64,000 bases of DNA from a bacterium. GTDB lineage: Bacteria; Patescibacteriota; Minisyncoccia; Moranbacterales; UBA9337. Where the stretch lies: NCBI GenBank assembly GCA_021159185.1, contig JAGGSH010000012.1:1235-65234 (forward strand). Direction: 5' to 3'. The notes under the pieces are model-generated. The model ran no database searches. It saw only the letters and a program-made list of their open reading frames with translations, and was not told the origin of the DNA. A program made the position numbers and the translations under genes. Below are positions 49,483 through 59,242 of the stretch, in pieces. Within the stretch, counting starts at the first letter, position 1, and the number at the start of each line of letters is the position of its first letter.

Positions 49483-49959
49483 GGCTTGTTCTATTATCTC
49501 CCTATCTTTTTCTTCATCCATTTTCTCCCCAATCACTTTCTCTGTTGCTAAAGACACCAGCTCCGCCATTTCAGATTTTACTTCTCCCAGCATTTTATTT
49601 TTTTCTTCTTCTATCTTCTTTTCTGTGTCGGATAAAATTTTCTCCGCCTGTGATTTGGATTCAATTATTATTTCCTCCTTGTTTTTCTTGGCAATTTCCT
49701 CCGCTGAATCTACTATTTTTTGAGCTTCCTTTCTGGCAGTTAATAAGATTTTCTTTTCTTTTTCTTCCATTTCTCCCAGCTTATTTTTAGCCTTTTCAGC
49801 GTCCTGCAATCCTTTTTCTATTTTTTCTTTTCTGTCATCCAACACTTTCAAGATAGGTTTGTAGGCAAATCTTTTTAAAATATAAAGTAAAATAAAAAAA
49901 TTCACTATTTGAGCCAACAGCAATTTTCCATTTATTCCCAGATTTGAAAGCAGTTCCAT
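49465..49959 (-). CDS. atpF: F-type ATP synthase subunit b
   Basis: N-terminal TM helix (LLAQIVNFFILLYILKRF) followed by a long charged helix. Operon position. Confidence 0.88.
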   Translation of the reverse strand: MELLSNLGINGKLLLAQIVNFFILLYILKRFAYKPILKVLDDRKEKIEKGLQDAEKAKNKLGEMEEKEKKILLTARKEAQKIVDSAEEIAKKNKEEIIIESKSQAEKILSDTEKKIEEEKNKMLGEVKSEMAELVSLATEKVIGEKMDEEKDREIIEQAISHKP

Positions 49960-49999
49960 ATCAAAATTAAAAAATATCTTATGAAAAATGGTTTAATGA

Positions 50000-50133
50000 C
50001 CTCCCCCTTTGGAAAAGGGGGAAAGTGAGTGGAGCAAGCAGGGGGATTTGAAAGAGTTAGAAAATGACAATCGCAAGGAATAAATTAGAAGTTTTCAAAT
50101 CCCCCGCGAATGCTGCCCAAAGGAGGAGCTAAA
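50000..50133. repeat. Family D palindromic element (copy D2, atpE-atpF spacer)
   Basis: CTCCCCCTTTGGAAAAGGGGGAAAG...GGGGGATTTGAAAG...TTTTCAAATCCCCC...CCAAAGGAGGAGC. Confidence 0.75.
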
Positions 50134-50139
50134 ACAATC

Positions 50140-50415
<276 letters not shown>

Positions 50416-50456
50416 TTATTGTTAAATTTATTAGATTATTAATTTTAAACTTTGTA

Positions 50457-50541
50457 TGTCATTCCCGCGAAAGCGGGAATCCAGAGTAATTTCTGAAGTT
50501 CGCAGTTTCATCCTGGATTCCCGATCAAGTCGGGAATGACA
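50457..50541. repeat. Family A palindromic element (copy A6, atpB-atpE spacer)
   Basis: TGTCATTCCCGCGAAAGCGGGAATCCAGAGTAATTTCTGAAGTTCGCAGTTTCATCCTGGATTCCCGATCAAGTCGGGAATGACA. Confidence 0.9.
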
Positions 50542-50572
50542 AAGAATGTTTCCGCAATTCCCAAAATAAATT

Positions 50573-51325
50573 TTAATGCGCGACCTCCGCCGTCGCCATT
50601 TTCATAAACACCAATGTCAACATAGCGAACACCAAGGCCTGTATAAATCCCACGAAAATTTCCAAAAACAAAAACGGAAGAGGAATAATATAAGGAACCA
50701 GCATCAGCATTACCGTGAGCAGAACCTCCCCCGCGAAAATATTTCCAAACAAACGAAAGGAGAACGATATTATTTTAGCAAACTCTGAAATTAATTCAAG
50801 CCCTCCGACAAAACTTCCGATAAAATAAGGTTTCTTAAAAGGATTCACGAAAAATTTTCCCAGATATTTTTTAAACCCCAGCGCTGTCACTCCGGCTAAC
50901 TGGGCGGCTGAAACCGAAATAAGAGCAATCGCCAAAGTAACATTCAGATCAGCGCTGTTGCTTCTGATAAAAGGCGCCAGCATCGTTTCCCCATGATGCT
51001 CCTGCTCCACTCCGATAGTTCCCAATCCGGGAATAAGTTCAATCCAGTTGGAAAGAATGACGAAAATAAAAATGGTGGCTACTAACGGAAAAAACTTTTT
51101 GGCCTGCTTTCTGTCTTGAGTAACGCTGTCCACTAAATTCAAAAGAGTCTCCAAAACAATTTCTATAATATTTTGAAAGCCTTTGGGAATTAAAGATATT
51201 CTTTTTTTTACCAGCCACGCTCCAATAATTATAAGAATGGCAATAAAAGCGGTCATCAAAACCGTATTGGTAACCGGGAAACTTCCTATATTAAAAATTA
51301 CTTCTGGTATTAATGATATTTCCAT
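50573..51325 (-). CDS. atpB: F-type ATP synthase subunit a
   Basis: Polytopic. A conserved Arg-containing helix (LSFSFRLFGNIFAGEVLL) is typical of subunit a. Confidence 0.9.
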   Translation of the reverse strand: MEISLIPEVIFNIGSFPVTNTVLMTAFIAILIIIGAWLVKKRISLIPKGFQNIIEIVLETLLNLVDSVTQDRKQAKKFFPLVATIFIFVILSNWIELIPGLGTIGVEQEHHGETMLAPFIRSNSADLNVTLAIALISVSAAQLAGVTALGFKKYLGKFFVNPFKKPYFIGSFVGGLELISEFAKIISFSFRLFGNIFAGEVLLTVMLMLVPYIIPLPFLFLEIFVGFIQALVFAMLTLVFMKMATAEVAH

Positions 51326-51384
51326 AAGCCTAATCTATTAAATTCCGCTTCATTGCTTGTGATTTTTATCGCTTACTCCCTATT

Positions 51385-51549
51385 TGTCATTCCGAAATTT
51401 TTTCTGGAACGCCTGCCTGCCGGCAGGCAGGAAGTGGAAGAAAAAATATCCGGAATCTAGAATTATTAGAATCTTTAAGTCTGAGATGAATGAAAGCGTA
51501 GATTCCGGATATTTTTTTCGCTACTGCTCAAAAAATTCCGGAATGACAT
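51385..51549. repeat. Family A palindromic element (copy A2, long ccgg subtype)
   Basis: About 85-90% identical to A1 (3274-3440), with the same CCTGCCTGCCGGCAGGCAGG core and CCGGAATGACAT terminus. Confidence 0.85.
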
Positions 51550-51601
51550 AAAGAAAGACCCCAAATAATTCTAAAATTTTTTTACAACTAATAATAAACT
51601 C

Positions 51602-51910
51602 TCAATTACTGATTACCGCGTTCACCTTCTTATAAACCAGCCAGCTGGTAATTATTATTGAAATTATAATTCCCGTTAATAACATCCATGGGGAAGTATT
51701 TAATTTGTCGTCTAATAATTTTCCGCCAAAAGCCAGCAAAACTATGGGAATGGTTATTAGATATCCCAACTCCCAAGCCAAAGAAATAACCGACCATCGC
51801 CTATCTGCTTTCCGCACATCATTCCCGACCTTCCATATGTCATTCCCGACCTGATCGGGAATCTTTCTTTTATTTTTCAAATTTTCTTTTTTCATCTTTA
51901 ACACATTCAA
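51602..51910 (-). CDS. AtpZ/AtpI-like small membrane protein (start uncertain)
   Basis: C-terminal half LGYLITIPIVLLAFGGKLLDDKLNTSPWMLLTGIIISIIITSW matches the AtpZ pattern (..LG.w.D..lgTsPwf.l.g...G). The N-terminal ~35 codons run through repeat fragment A7 and are probably not translated. Confidence 0.5.
   Translation of the reverse strand: MNVLKMKKENLKNKRKIPDQVGNDIWKVGNDVRKADRRWSVISLAWELGYLITIPIVLLAFGGKLLDDKLNTSPWMLLTGIIISIIITSWLVYKKVNAVISN
51818..51863. repeat. Family A partial element (copy A7, two tandem 5' termini)
   Basis: TCATTCCCGACCTTCCATATGTCATTCCCGACCTGATCGGGAATC shares the CTTCCATATGTCATTCCCG flank with A4. Confidence 0.6.
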
Positions 51911-52069
51911 TTCTATCGCCCAATTTTAGAAAAGTCAATAAGAAAAATTGAATTTTCACAGCTTAAATGCCTGGAACTTAAAACTTACAGCACCAAATCA
52001 AATTAATATTATGATATATGATATGTCCTTATGTGGTTATATGGATATATTTTACCGTTTCAATTTTAA

Positions 52070-52972
52070 CTAGATTCCAAAAAAATTTTCGGCATTTTGG
52101 GTGGTTATTTTTTCCACTTCTTCAAAACTGATTCTCTTAATCTCGGCTAATTTTTCAGCAGTGTATTTTACATATGCCGGTTCGTTTCTTTTTCCCCGAA
52201 ATTTTTGGGGCGCTAAAAACGGGCAGTCCGTTTCCAGCATAATTCTTTCCAGCGGAATAATTTTTATTATCTCGGCTATATCTTTTTCCGTTCCCTGAAT
52301 TTCTTTTTTTGTTTTGTAAGTGATATTGCCGGTAAAAGAAAAATGTATGTTTTTATGCTTTAATAATTTCTTGGTGAATTCCAAATCACCGCTATAGCAA
52401 TGAAAAACTAATTTGGTCATCCCGAGCTTGCCGAGGGATCCCGTTCTATTAACACTAGCGATATTATTTCGGGATTCTTCGTTCTCACTCAGAATGGCAT
52501 ACACATCCTCATAAGCGTCCGCCGGATTTTGTTCCGACGCCCGACAATGAATAATAACCGGCAAATTTAATTCTTTCGCCAATTCCAACTGTCCAATAAA
52601 TCCTTCTTTCTGTCTTTTTCTAACCTTTTCAATTCCCCTTGCTCCATACTTCATGCTACATACCACATGATAATAGTCCAATCCGATCTCCCCAATCGCC
52701 ACCACCTTTTTATTCTCCGCTAACTTTCTCAATTTTTCAATTTGAGTTTTGAGCTTTGAGTTTTGAGTTACAAGACTAGTCGGGTGCATTCCGACCGCCG
52801 CGTAAACATTTTCATATTTTTCCGCCAGCTTGACAGACGCCTTGCTCTCTTTCAAATCCGTCCCGATGTTAATTATCTTTTTTACCCCGCTTTGAAAAGC
52901 CCGCGAGATTGCTTCATCGCGGTCTTTATTGAAATTCTTAAAATTCAAATGGGCGTGAGTGTCAATTAACAT
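52070..52972 (-). CDS. tatD: TatD-family metal-dependent hydrolase/DNase
   Basis: MLIDTHAHLNF..F..D......A...GV, ...VVAIGEIGLDY, ...HCR.A and ..FHCYSG are TatD signature blocks. Contains a short TTGAGTTTTGAGC-type repeat insertion (52742-52769). Confidence 0.85.
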   Translation of the reverse strand: MLIDTHAHLNFKNFNKDRDEAISRAFQSGVKKIINIGTDLKESKASVKLAEKYENVYAAVGMHPTSLVTQNSKLKTQIEKLRKLAENKKVVAIGEIGLDYYHVVCSMKYGARGIEKVRKRQKEGFIGQLELAKELNLPVIIHCRASEQNPADAYEDVYAILSENEESRNNIASVNRTGSLGKLGMTKLVFHCYSGDLEFTKKLLKHKNIHFSFTGNITYKTKKEIQGTEKDIAEIIKIIPLERIMLETDCPFLAPQKFRGKRNEPAYVKYTAEKLAEIKRISFEEVEKITTQNAENFFGI

Positions 52973-53003
52973 AATCTTTAAAATATTCTATACTGTAATC
53001 AAC

Positions 53004-53594
53004 ATGATCAATTTTATTAAAAAATCCGAATATTTTCTGCATGAAACAAAGCGTCACGCTTTATTAAAATTTTTAGTCATCGCTCTTATATTTATAGCTT
53101 ATCTGCTATGGTTAATTTTCCATTTTGGCGCAAAATCAGGAATTGAAACAGCCGGGCTCACTTGGTCATTTTTTGTCCTTTGCACTCCTATAGCCGACGC
53201 GGGATTTATTTTGGATTTTCCTATTAGAATTATTTCCGGAATTAAAATGGTAATTTCCGAAAGTATTGTGTGGATTGCCGCTATCTCTTTAAATTTATAT
53301 TTTTTCTTTACTTCTCCCGAAGTTTATCAAAAAACAATCGCGCTTAAATTGTTCAGACATATCCTGGAACAGCCATTCCCTTTTTGGGGAATAATTTTTC
53401 TTTCCTTGCTTGGCACTTTCCTTTCTGTTTATTTTGGAGATGAGTTGATAAATTCTATCAGGCATTCAGACAGAAAAAAACACAAAAAGCATAAACTAAA
53501 ACACCGTTTTATAATTCTTTTATTTTTTGTAGGAGCAATTTTGATTTTCTATAACTTCGCCTTAAAGCAATTGGGAATAAATTTAAACTTCTGA
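53004..53594 (+). CDS. hypothetical polytopic membrane protein
   Basis: About four hydrophobic helices and a basic C-terminal HKKHKLKHR patch. The start is ambiguous: the listed ORF starts at 52959 and would overlap the tatD start, so M16 (MINFIKK) was chosen. Confidence 0.45.
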   Translation: MINFIKKSEYFLHETKRHALLKFLVIALIFIAYLLWLIFHFGAKSGIETAGLTWSFFVLCTPIADAGFILDFPIRIISGIKMVISESIVWIAAISLNLYFFFTSPEVYQKTIALKLFRHILEQPFPFWGIIFLSLLGTFLSVYFGDELINSIRHSDRKKHKKHKLKHRFIILLFFVGAILIFYNFALKQLGINLNF

Positions 53595-53674
53595 ATTTAA
53601 TTATGACTGTTCCCATATATCAATATATAGGAATGGTTCTGCCGTTATAATTATCTTTATAAACTTTGTTGCGA

Positions 53675-55204
53675 TTATTTTATTCTTTTAAATAAAACTT
53701 CGTTAAGCCTTTCAGTCTTCAGCGCCTTTTTGATCTTCTCCGCAGTCTCAGACATAAAAGGTTTCAAAAATTCCGCTATTAAACTTAAATCATCAACTAG
53801 TTTCTGTATTACTTTTCTAAACTCCTCTTTTTTACTTTCATCCTTAGCCAATTCCCAAGGTTTAGCATCTTCAATATATTTATTGTCCTCGCGCACAATA
53901 TTCCAAACATAATTCAATGCTTTGTCCAGTTCCAGCTCATCAATTTTTTTTGAAAATTGTTCATTATTTATTGTTTTATGTTTCATATTCCATGTTCCAT
54001 GTTCCATGAGCTTCACTACTCGTGAAATCAGATTTCCCAACCCGTTCGCCAAATCAGCATTGTATTTTTCAACCATTCTTTCCATTGTCATATCAATATC
54101 TTCTCCGAATGATCCCGCGCTCATTAAAAGATAGCGTGTTCCGTCCGTCCCGAATTTTTCCAGCATTTCATCTATACCTATAACATTGCCCAGCGTCTTG
54201 CTCATTTTTTTGCCTTCCGATAAAATATGCCCGTGAACAAATAATTCCCGTGGTAATTCAATTCCGAGATGCAAAAGCATGATCGGCCACATAGTGGCAT
54301 GCATTCTTAAAATATCTTTTCCAATAAGCTGAATATCCGGCGGCCAAAATCCTAGATTCTCCCCCTTTAGAAAAGGGGACCGGGGGGATTTGAAAGATTC
54401 TTTACTTTGTAAAATATTACTTTCATCCACTACATTATTCTTCAAATCCCTCTCTAACTCTCCCTTTTCCAAAGGGAGAGAACCATTCCACCCAACCCCC
54501 GTTAAATAATTCAGAAAAGCATCCACCCAAACATAGGTGGTATAATTTTTATCAAAAGGAAGCGGGATCCCCCAAGAAACATTTTTTCTGGAAATGGAAA
54601 CATCCTGCAATTTCTGTCTTTCCAAAAAAGAAAGGATTTCTCTTTTGTATTTTTCCGGACCAATTTTAAATTCATCGCTTTTTATTTTTTCAGTCAGCTG
54701 TGATTGGACTTCTTCCATTTTCAAAAGATAGCTTTCCTCTTTTATTATTTCCGGTTTAATGTTATGTTCCGGACATTTTCCGTCCACCAAATCGCTTTTA
54801 TTTTTAAACTGTTCGCATCCAACACAATATAATCCTTCATAAGTTCCTTTATAGATCAAGCCTTTATCGTATAACAATTGCAAAACTTTTTGGACTGTTT
54901 CTTTATGCTTTTTGTCAGTGGTGCGGATAAAATTATCGTAGTTTATATTCAACTTCTCGCATAAACTTTTAAATTCTTCCGCGATTTCATCCACGAACTG
55001 CTGAGAATCTTTCCCGGCTTCTTCGGTCTTTTTCTGGATTTTTAATCCATATTCATCCGTTCCCGTAAGCAGAAAAGTTTTTTTACGCTGTTGCCTATTC
55101 CAGCGCGCTAAAATATCCGCCGCCACAGTTGTGTAAGCATGCCCTATATGCGGCTTGGCATTTGCGTAATATATAGGAGTAGTGATATAAAATTTGTTTT
55201 TCAT
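53675..55204 (-). CDS. metG: methionyl-tRNA synthetase (short form, no C-terminal tRNA-binding domain) carrying an in-frame repeat-derived insertion
   Basis: HIGH motif (PIYYANAKPHIGHAYT), four Cys zinc knuckle, KMSKS (KMSKTLGN). Residues LPLEKGELERDLKNNVVDESNILQSKESFKSPRSPFLKGENLG between LNY...and...WPPDIQLIGKDIL are encoded by Family D copy D3. Confidence 0.92.
   Translation of the reverse strand: MKNKFYITTPIYYANAKPHIGHAYTTVAADILARWNRQQRKKTFLLTGTDEYGLKIQKKTEEAGKDSQQFVDEIAEEFKSLCEKLNINYDNFIRTTDKKHKETVQKVLQLLYDKGLIYKGTYEGLYCVGCEQFKNKSDLVDGKCPEHNIKPEIIKEESYLLKMEEVQSQLTEKIKSDEFKIGPEKYKREILSFLERQKLQDVSISRKNVSWGIPLPFDKNYTTYVWVDAFLNYLTGVGWNGSLPLEKGELERDLKNNVVDESNILQSKESFKSPRSPFLKGENLGFWPPDIQLIGKDILRMHATMWPIMLLHLGIELPRELFVHGHILSEGKKMSKTLGNVIGIDEMLEKFGTDGTRYLLMSAGSFGEDIDMTMERMVEKYNADLANGLGNLISRVVKLMEHGTWNMKHKTINNEQFSKKIDELELDKALNYVWNIVREDNKYIEDAKPWELAKDESKKEEFRKVIQKLVDDLSLIAEFLKPFMSETAEKIKKALKTERLNEVLFKRIK
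54357..54480. repeat. Family D palindromic element (copy D3, inside the metG coding sequence)
   Basis: CCCCCTTTAGAAAAGGGGACCGGGGGGATTTGAAAG...CTTCAAATCCCTCTC...CTCCCTTTTCCAAAGGGAGAG. The two terminal hairpins translate to SPFLKGE and LPLEKGE. Confidence 0.8.
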
Positions 55205-55220
55205 AAAATTTTTAATTTAT

Positions 55221-55880
55221 TTATTGTTTAACGCCTTTAACAATAACCGCGAATTCTCCTCTTACTTTTTCCGGATTATTTTCAAAATATTCCAAAACTT
55301 CTTCGGCGCTTCCGCGAATAATTTCTTCGTGCATCTTTGTCAGTTCCCTCCCGACAATTACTTGAGAATTTTCAAGCGTCTTGAGCGCTTTAAAAATTCT
55401 ATAACGCGACTCAAAAAAAATTACCGGCAAATTACTTTTTTTTGCTTCCTTGAAAAAAGTTTCTCTTCCTTTTTTATGCGGAGGAAATCCTAAAAATACA
55501 AATTTTTGCAGGTTAATCCCGGCGACGCTGATTAAAGCTGGCAACGCTGACACTCCCGGAACGGGAATAACTTCAATATCGTTTTTCACCGCCTCTTCAA
55601 TCAGCTTGCCTCCCGGATCGGAAATTCCCGGAGTTCCCGCGTCCGTCACTAAAGCAATGTTTTGTCCCTTTTTTAGTTTATCAATTAAATAATCTATTCT
55701 TGTTGTTTTGCTGTGCTGATGATAAGATATTAAGGAAGTTTTTATGTCATAATGATTTAACAGTTTCTTAGCCACTCTGGTATCTTCGCAAGCGATTAAA
55801 TCAACTTTTTTAAAAATCTCCAAAGCTCTCAAAGTAATATCTTTGAGATTGCCAATGGGAGTAGCTACTATATATAACAT
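55221..55880 (-). CDS. rsmI: 16S rRNA (cytidine1402-2'-O)-methyltransferase
   Basis: MLYIVATPIGNLKDITLRALEI...DLIACEDTR....L and the downstream SAM-binding blocks are canonical RsmI. Confidence 0.9.
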   Translation of the reverse strand: MLYIVATPIGNLKDITLRALEIFKKVDLIACEDTRVAKKLLNHYDIKTSLISYHQHSKTTRIDYLIDKLKKGQNIALVTDAGTPGISDPGGKLIEEAVKNDIEVIPVPGVSALPALISVAGINLQKFVFLGFPPHKKGRETFFKEAKKSNLPVIFFESRYRIFKALKTLENSQVIVGRELTKMHEEIIRGSAEEVLEYFENNPEKVRGEFAVIVKGVKQ

Positions 55881-56339
55881 ATGATTTTAACAACTCACGC
55901 TCTTGCCGGAGCGGTTATTGGAAAAAATTTAAATAATCCTTGGCTGATTATCGCCCTTGTCATTCCGCTCCACTATATTATGGACCATTTTCGCCATGGC
56001 GAATATTTAAATAAGCAAATGCCTTTTCGCGATAATTACTGGAAAGTCGCATTGGATATTGCTACAGGATTAGGAATAATCGGAGCGGTTATATTTTTTA
56101 AAAACTTTGATTTATGGCAAGTGTTTCTGATTTTACTGGGAGCGTTTTTTTCTATGTTTCCCGATTTACTCACTTTATTGTATTGGAAATTTAATGTTGA
56201 ATTTTTAAAAAAACCTTATCAGCTTCATAAGTGGGTTCATAAATTCCCATCCAATTCTCCGGAAAGCCAATGGAATTTAAGAAATGCCGCAAATGATATT
56301 ATCTTTTCTGTTTTAGCTATTTTCCTTTTGCTAATTTAG
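55881..56339 (+). CDS. hypothetical membrane protein
   Basis: 152 aa with about four hydrophobic helices. No recognisable motifs. Confidence 0.45.
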   Translation: MILTTHALAGAVIGKNLNNPWLIIALVIPLHYIMDHFRHGEYLNKQMPFRDNYWKVALDIATGLGIIGAVIFFKNFDLWQVFLILLGAFFSMFPDLLTLLYWKFNVEFLKKPYQLHKWVHKFPSNSPESQWNLRNAANDIIFSVLAIFLLLI

Positions 56340-57360
56340 CGTAATCTTTTTTGGCTATTAAATATTCCGCGATAACTCCGATAGCCGTAGCTGTCGGAAC
56401 CGCCAAAATAGCTCCCAGCACTCCCGCCACTTTTACTCCGATTAAAAGCGCCAAAATAACAGCCACTGGATTAAGCCCGACGGCTTTTTTCATTATCTGG
56501 GGAGTTATGATATGATTTTCAGCTTGTTGAATCAGGATATAAAATAACAGCACTAATAATCCCTTGGCGGGAGAAATTAAAAATCCAACCAGCGTCGCCA
56601 GAATGGTCGCGATAATGGGACCTAAGTAAGGAATAATTTCCAACAATCCTCCTATTATAGCCAATATTAAAGCATAAGGGACACCTATCAAATACAGCGC
56701 TATAAAATCAAGAATAAAAATAACAAACATCAGAAATAACTGCCCCACCATCCATCTTCCTATTTTAGCTTTTATTTTTTCCGCCACGGAAACAACCTGT
56801 TTTTTGTATCCGCCGGGAGTAATTGATTTTAGAAATTTCTCCATCCCTTTCTCTTTCACGGACATATAAAAAGCCACCGAGAAAATTACAACAAAGGAAA
56901 GAAAACCTGAAAAAACTCCCACCGTCGTAGAAAATATTTTGGCCGAAGACTGGCTCAAGCTTTCGCTCAAATTTTCCAAAAAATTCTGGGTGTTAAAATT
57001 AAACCCTTGCGATTCCGTAAAGTTTTTAACTCTGCTGAAAGCGCCGGCTACTTTCTCAGAATAAGCAGGAAGATCTTGGGAAAAATCTTTAAACTGGGAA
57101 ATTAGAGCTGGAGCCAAAAATGAAGCCGAAATCCCCAAGATTAAAAACAGAACAATATAAACTGTTAAAACGGATAGCGATCTGGGAATTTTTCTCCCTT
57201 GCAGCCAATTGACCGACGGCTCTATGGCCGCCATAACTAAAATAGCCACAAAAAACAGCGCGATAACATCTCGAATTAGATACAAAAACCACAGCCCCAA
57301 AAAAACGGCCGCCACTTTTAAAATTATTCCCGTGGAAATATTAACTGTTCTTTTTTCCAT
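56317..57360 (-). CDS. AI-2E family (UPF0118/PerM-like) transporter
   Basis: 8-TM topology. Conserved ...LGPIIATILATLVGFL... and C-terminal ...LGAILAVPTATAIGVIAEY motifs typical of the AI-2E family. Confidence 0.8.
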   Translation of the reverse strand: MEKRTVNISTGIILKVAAVFLGLWFLYLIRDVIALFFVAILVMAAIEPSVNWLQGRKIPRSLSVLTVYIVLFLILGISASFLAPALISQFKDFSQDLPAYSEKVAGAFSRVKNFTESQGFNFNTQNFLENLSESLSQSSAKIFSTTVGVFSGFLSFVVIFSVAFYMSVKEKGMEKFLKSITPGGYKKQVVSVAEKIKAKIGRWMVGQLFLMFVIFILDFIALYLIGVPYALILAIIGGLLEIIPYLGPIIATILATLVGFLISPAKGLLVLLFYILIQQAENHIITPQIMKKAVGLNPVAVILALLIGVKVAGVLGAILAVPTATAIGVIAEYLIAKKDYAKLAKGK

Positions 57361-57364
57361 AAAC

Positions 57365-57500
57365 TATTTTATTAAAATCAAAATTTCAAAGCTCAAATTT
57401 CAAATCAAGCTCAAAATCTAAAAACTTAAAAAAATAAATTTGGATTTTGGATTTGATTTGGAGCAATTTGGATTTTGTAATTTGGATTTTTGGAACTTGC
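57365..57500. repeat. Family E AT-rich palindromic element (copy E2)
   Basis: AAATTTCAAAGCTCAAATTTCAAATCAAGCTCAAAATCTAAAAA...TTTGGATTTTGGATTTGATTTGG. The 5' half matches E1. Confidence 0.65.
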
Positions 57501-57526
57501 GAAATATAATAATAATTTACAACAAA

Positions 57527-58795
57527 CTATGGTTTCATCAACTTCCCCAACTTCTTCCCATCCTTATGCGGTCCAATCACCGCCAGATTTAATTTTTCGG
57601 ATTTAAAAATATCCCAAGATACTCTTAAAACATCTTCCGCGGTCACCTTATCAATCTTTTTAAAAAATTCTGTCATAGACATTATTTTTTTCTCTTTCAC
57701 TTCTTGGTCTATGAAAAACATAGCCACTTCGTCCGATGATTCAAATCTCATTACGCCCTTGCCTTTGATATAGTCTTTGGCTTTTTGCAATTCTTTCTCG
57801 CCCACTTTTTTAGAAGCGATTTTTTTATATTCCTTGAGAATAATTTCCACGGTTTTTTCCAAATTTTTATGTTCCACGCCCGCTTGAGTGGCCAGATAGC
57901 CGCAGTCGCGATAAGCTTCCACTCCCGTCTTTACGGAGTAAGCCAATCCGCGCCGCTCCCGCACTTCAATAAACAACCGGCTGCTCATATTGCCGCCCAG
58001 AATTACCGCCATAACGGAAAGCGCGAATCTATCTTTATGGTTATAATCATACGCTCTCATTCCCAAAACCAAATGAGTTTGGTCGGTTTTTTTATATTTT
58101 AATTTAATTTCAGGCCTCAACTGTTTCTCCGCCACTTTTTGAAATCCGGGTTTTTGTTTATTTTCCATTTCTGAAAAATATTTTTTAATCTGGTTTATTA
58201 TTTTCTCCTCGTTGAATTTTCCGGCTACACAAACAACGGAATTATTAGCCGCATAAAAACGCTTCATATAATCGATAAAATCTTTTCTCTTGAACGCTTT
58301 TATGGTTTTTTTATAGCCGATAATGTCCCGCCCCAGCGGACTTTTTTTATAAAGCAAGTTTTCAAACACATCACTCACAACTCTCATAGGCGTGTCTTCA
58401 TACATACTCAGTTCTTGCAAAATAGTTCCCCTTTCCCGTTCAATTTCTTTCGCGGCTATTTTTGAGTTTAGATACATATCGGAAATTACATCCAGCGCAA
58501 CTTCAAAATGCTTGCAATCAACTTTGGCGTAATAAGCGGTTGTGTCTTTCCCCGTGAAAGCGTTGAATTCTCCGCCGATGGAATCCAGTTCCTCGGAAAT
58601 AGCCAAAGTATTCGGACGCTTTTTGGTTCCTTTAAAAAACATATGCTCAATGAAATGAGAAAGTCCCGCTTCCTTCTCCGTTTCGTAACGAGAGCCCACG
58701 CCCGCCATAACCATCACTGTGGCGGTTTCCGTTCCTTTCATCGGAACGGTAATCACCCGCAGACCATTTTTTAGTTCAGTTTTTTTATAATTCAT
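57527..58795 (-). CDS. M16-family zinc metallopeptidase (insulinase/pitrilysin-like)
   Basis: Inverted zinc motif HFIEHMFFKGT (HxxEH) with the downstream E of the M16 active site. Overall ~420-aa M16 architecture. Confidence 0.85.
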   Translation of the reverse strand: MNYKKTELKNGLRVITVPMKGTETATVMVMAGVGSRYETEKEAGLSHFIEHMFFKGTKKRPNTLAISEELDSIGGEFNAFTGKDTTAYYAKVDCKHFEVALDVISDMYLNSKIAAKEIERERGTILQELSMYEDTPMRVVSDVFENLLYKKSPLGRDIIGYKKTIKAFKRKDFIDYMKRFYAANNSVVCVAGKFNEEKIINQIKKYFSEMENKQKPGFQKVAEKQLRPEIKLKYKKTDQTHLVLGMRAYDYNHKDRFALSVMAVILGGNMSSRLFIEVRERRGLAYSVKTGVEAYRDCGYLATQAGVEHKNLEKTVEIILKEYKKIASKKVGEKELQKAKDYIKGKGVMRFESSDEVAMFFIDQEVKEKKIMSMTEFFKKIDKVTAEDVLRVSWDIFKSEKLNLAVIGPHKDGKKLGKLMKP

Positions 58796-58891
58796 AATTT
58801 GTTTCTGCTTATTCTAATTAACCCCGAACAGGGAATAATTTCTATTTTAATTAAAATTTTTAAGATTTTTAAGTAATTCGGGAATCCTAAC

Positions 58892-59203
58892 TCAACAGTT
58901 ATTTTCCTTTCTATATTCAACTCTTTTCCGATAAAGCTTTTCCGTAAAACCGCCTTCTTGCTCATGCTTCTTTTCCAAAGCTTTAATTTGTTTGTGCAAC
59001 AGATAAGTCGCCTGATGGCAAAGCGTCAAAAGCCAATTAGCGGCAATTTCCGGTTTTCCGCTCCGCGCCGCTCCGGTCATTTGCTCTTTTAATTTCCAAC
59101 TTTTAATCCATTGCTCGCAAAATTTTACGGTGTGGTCGTAAATCAAAACTGAAAACCAATAAGTATAGAGTTTTTTGTAGAGTTGCTGGTTCATCTTATT
59201 CAA
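58892..59203 (-). CDS. hypothetical helical protein
   Basis: 103-aa ORF, W-rich helical. No confident family assignment. Confidence 0.4.
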   Translation of the reverse strand: MNKMNQQLYKKLYTYWFSVLIYDHTVKFCEQWIKSWKLKEQMTGAARSGKPEIAANWLLTLCHQATYLLHKQIKALEKKHEQEGGFTEKLYRKRVEYRKENNC

Positions 59204-59242
59204 GACTTAAGATCCTTAGGTAACTTAAGTAACTTAAGTTAC

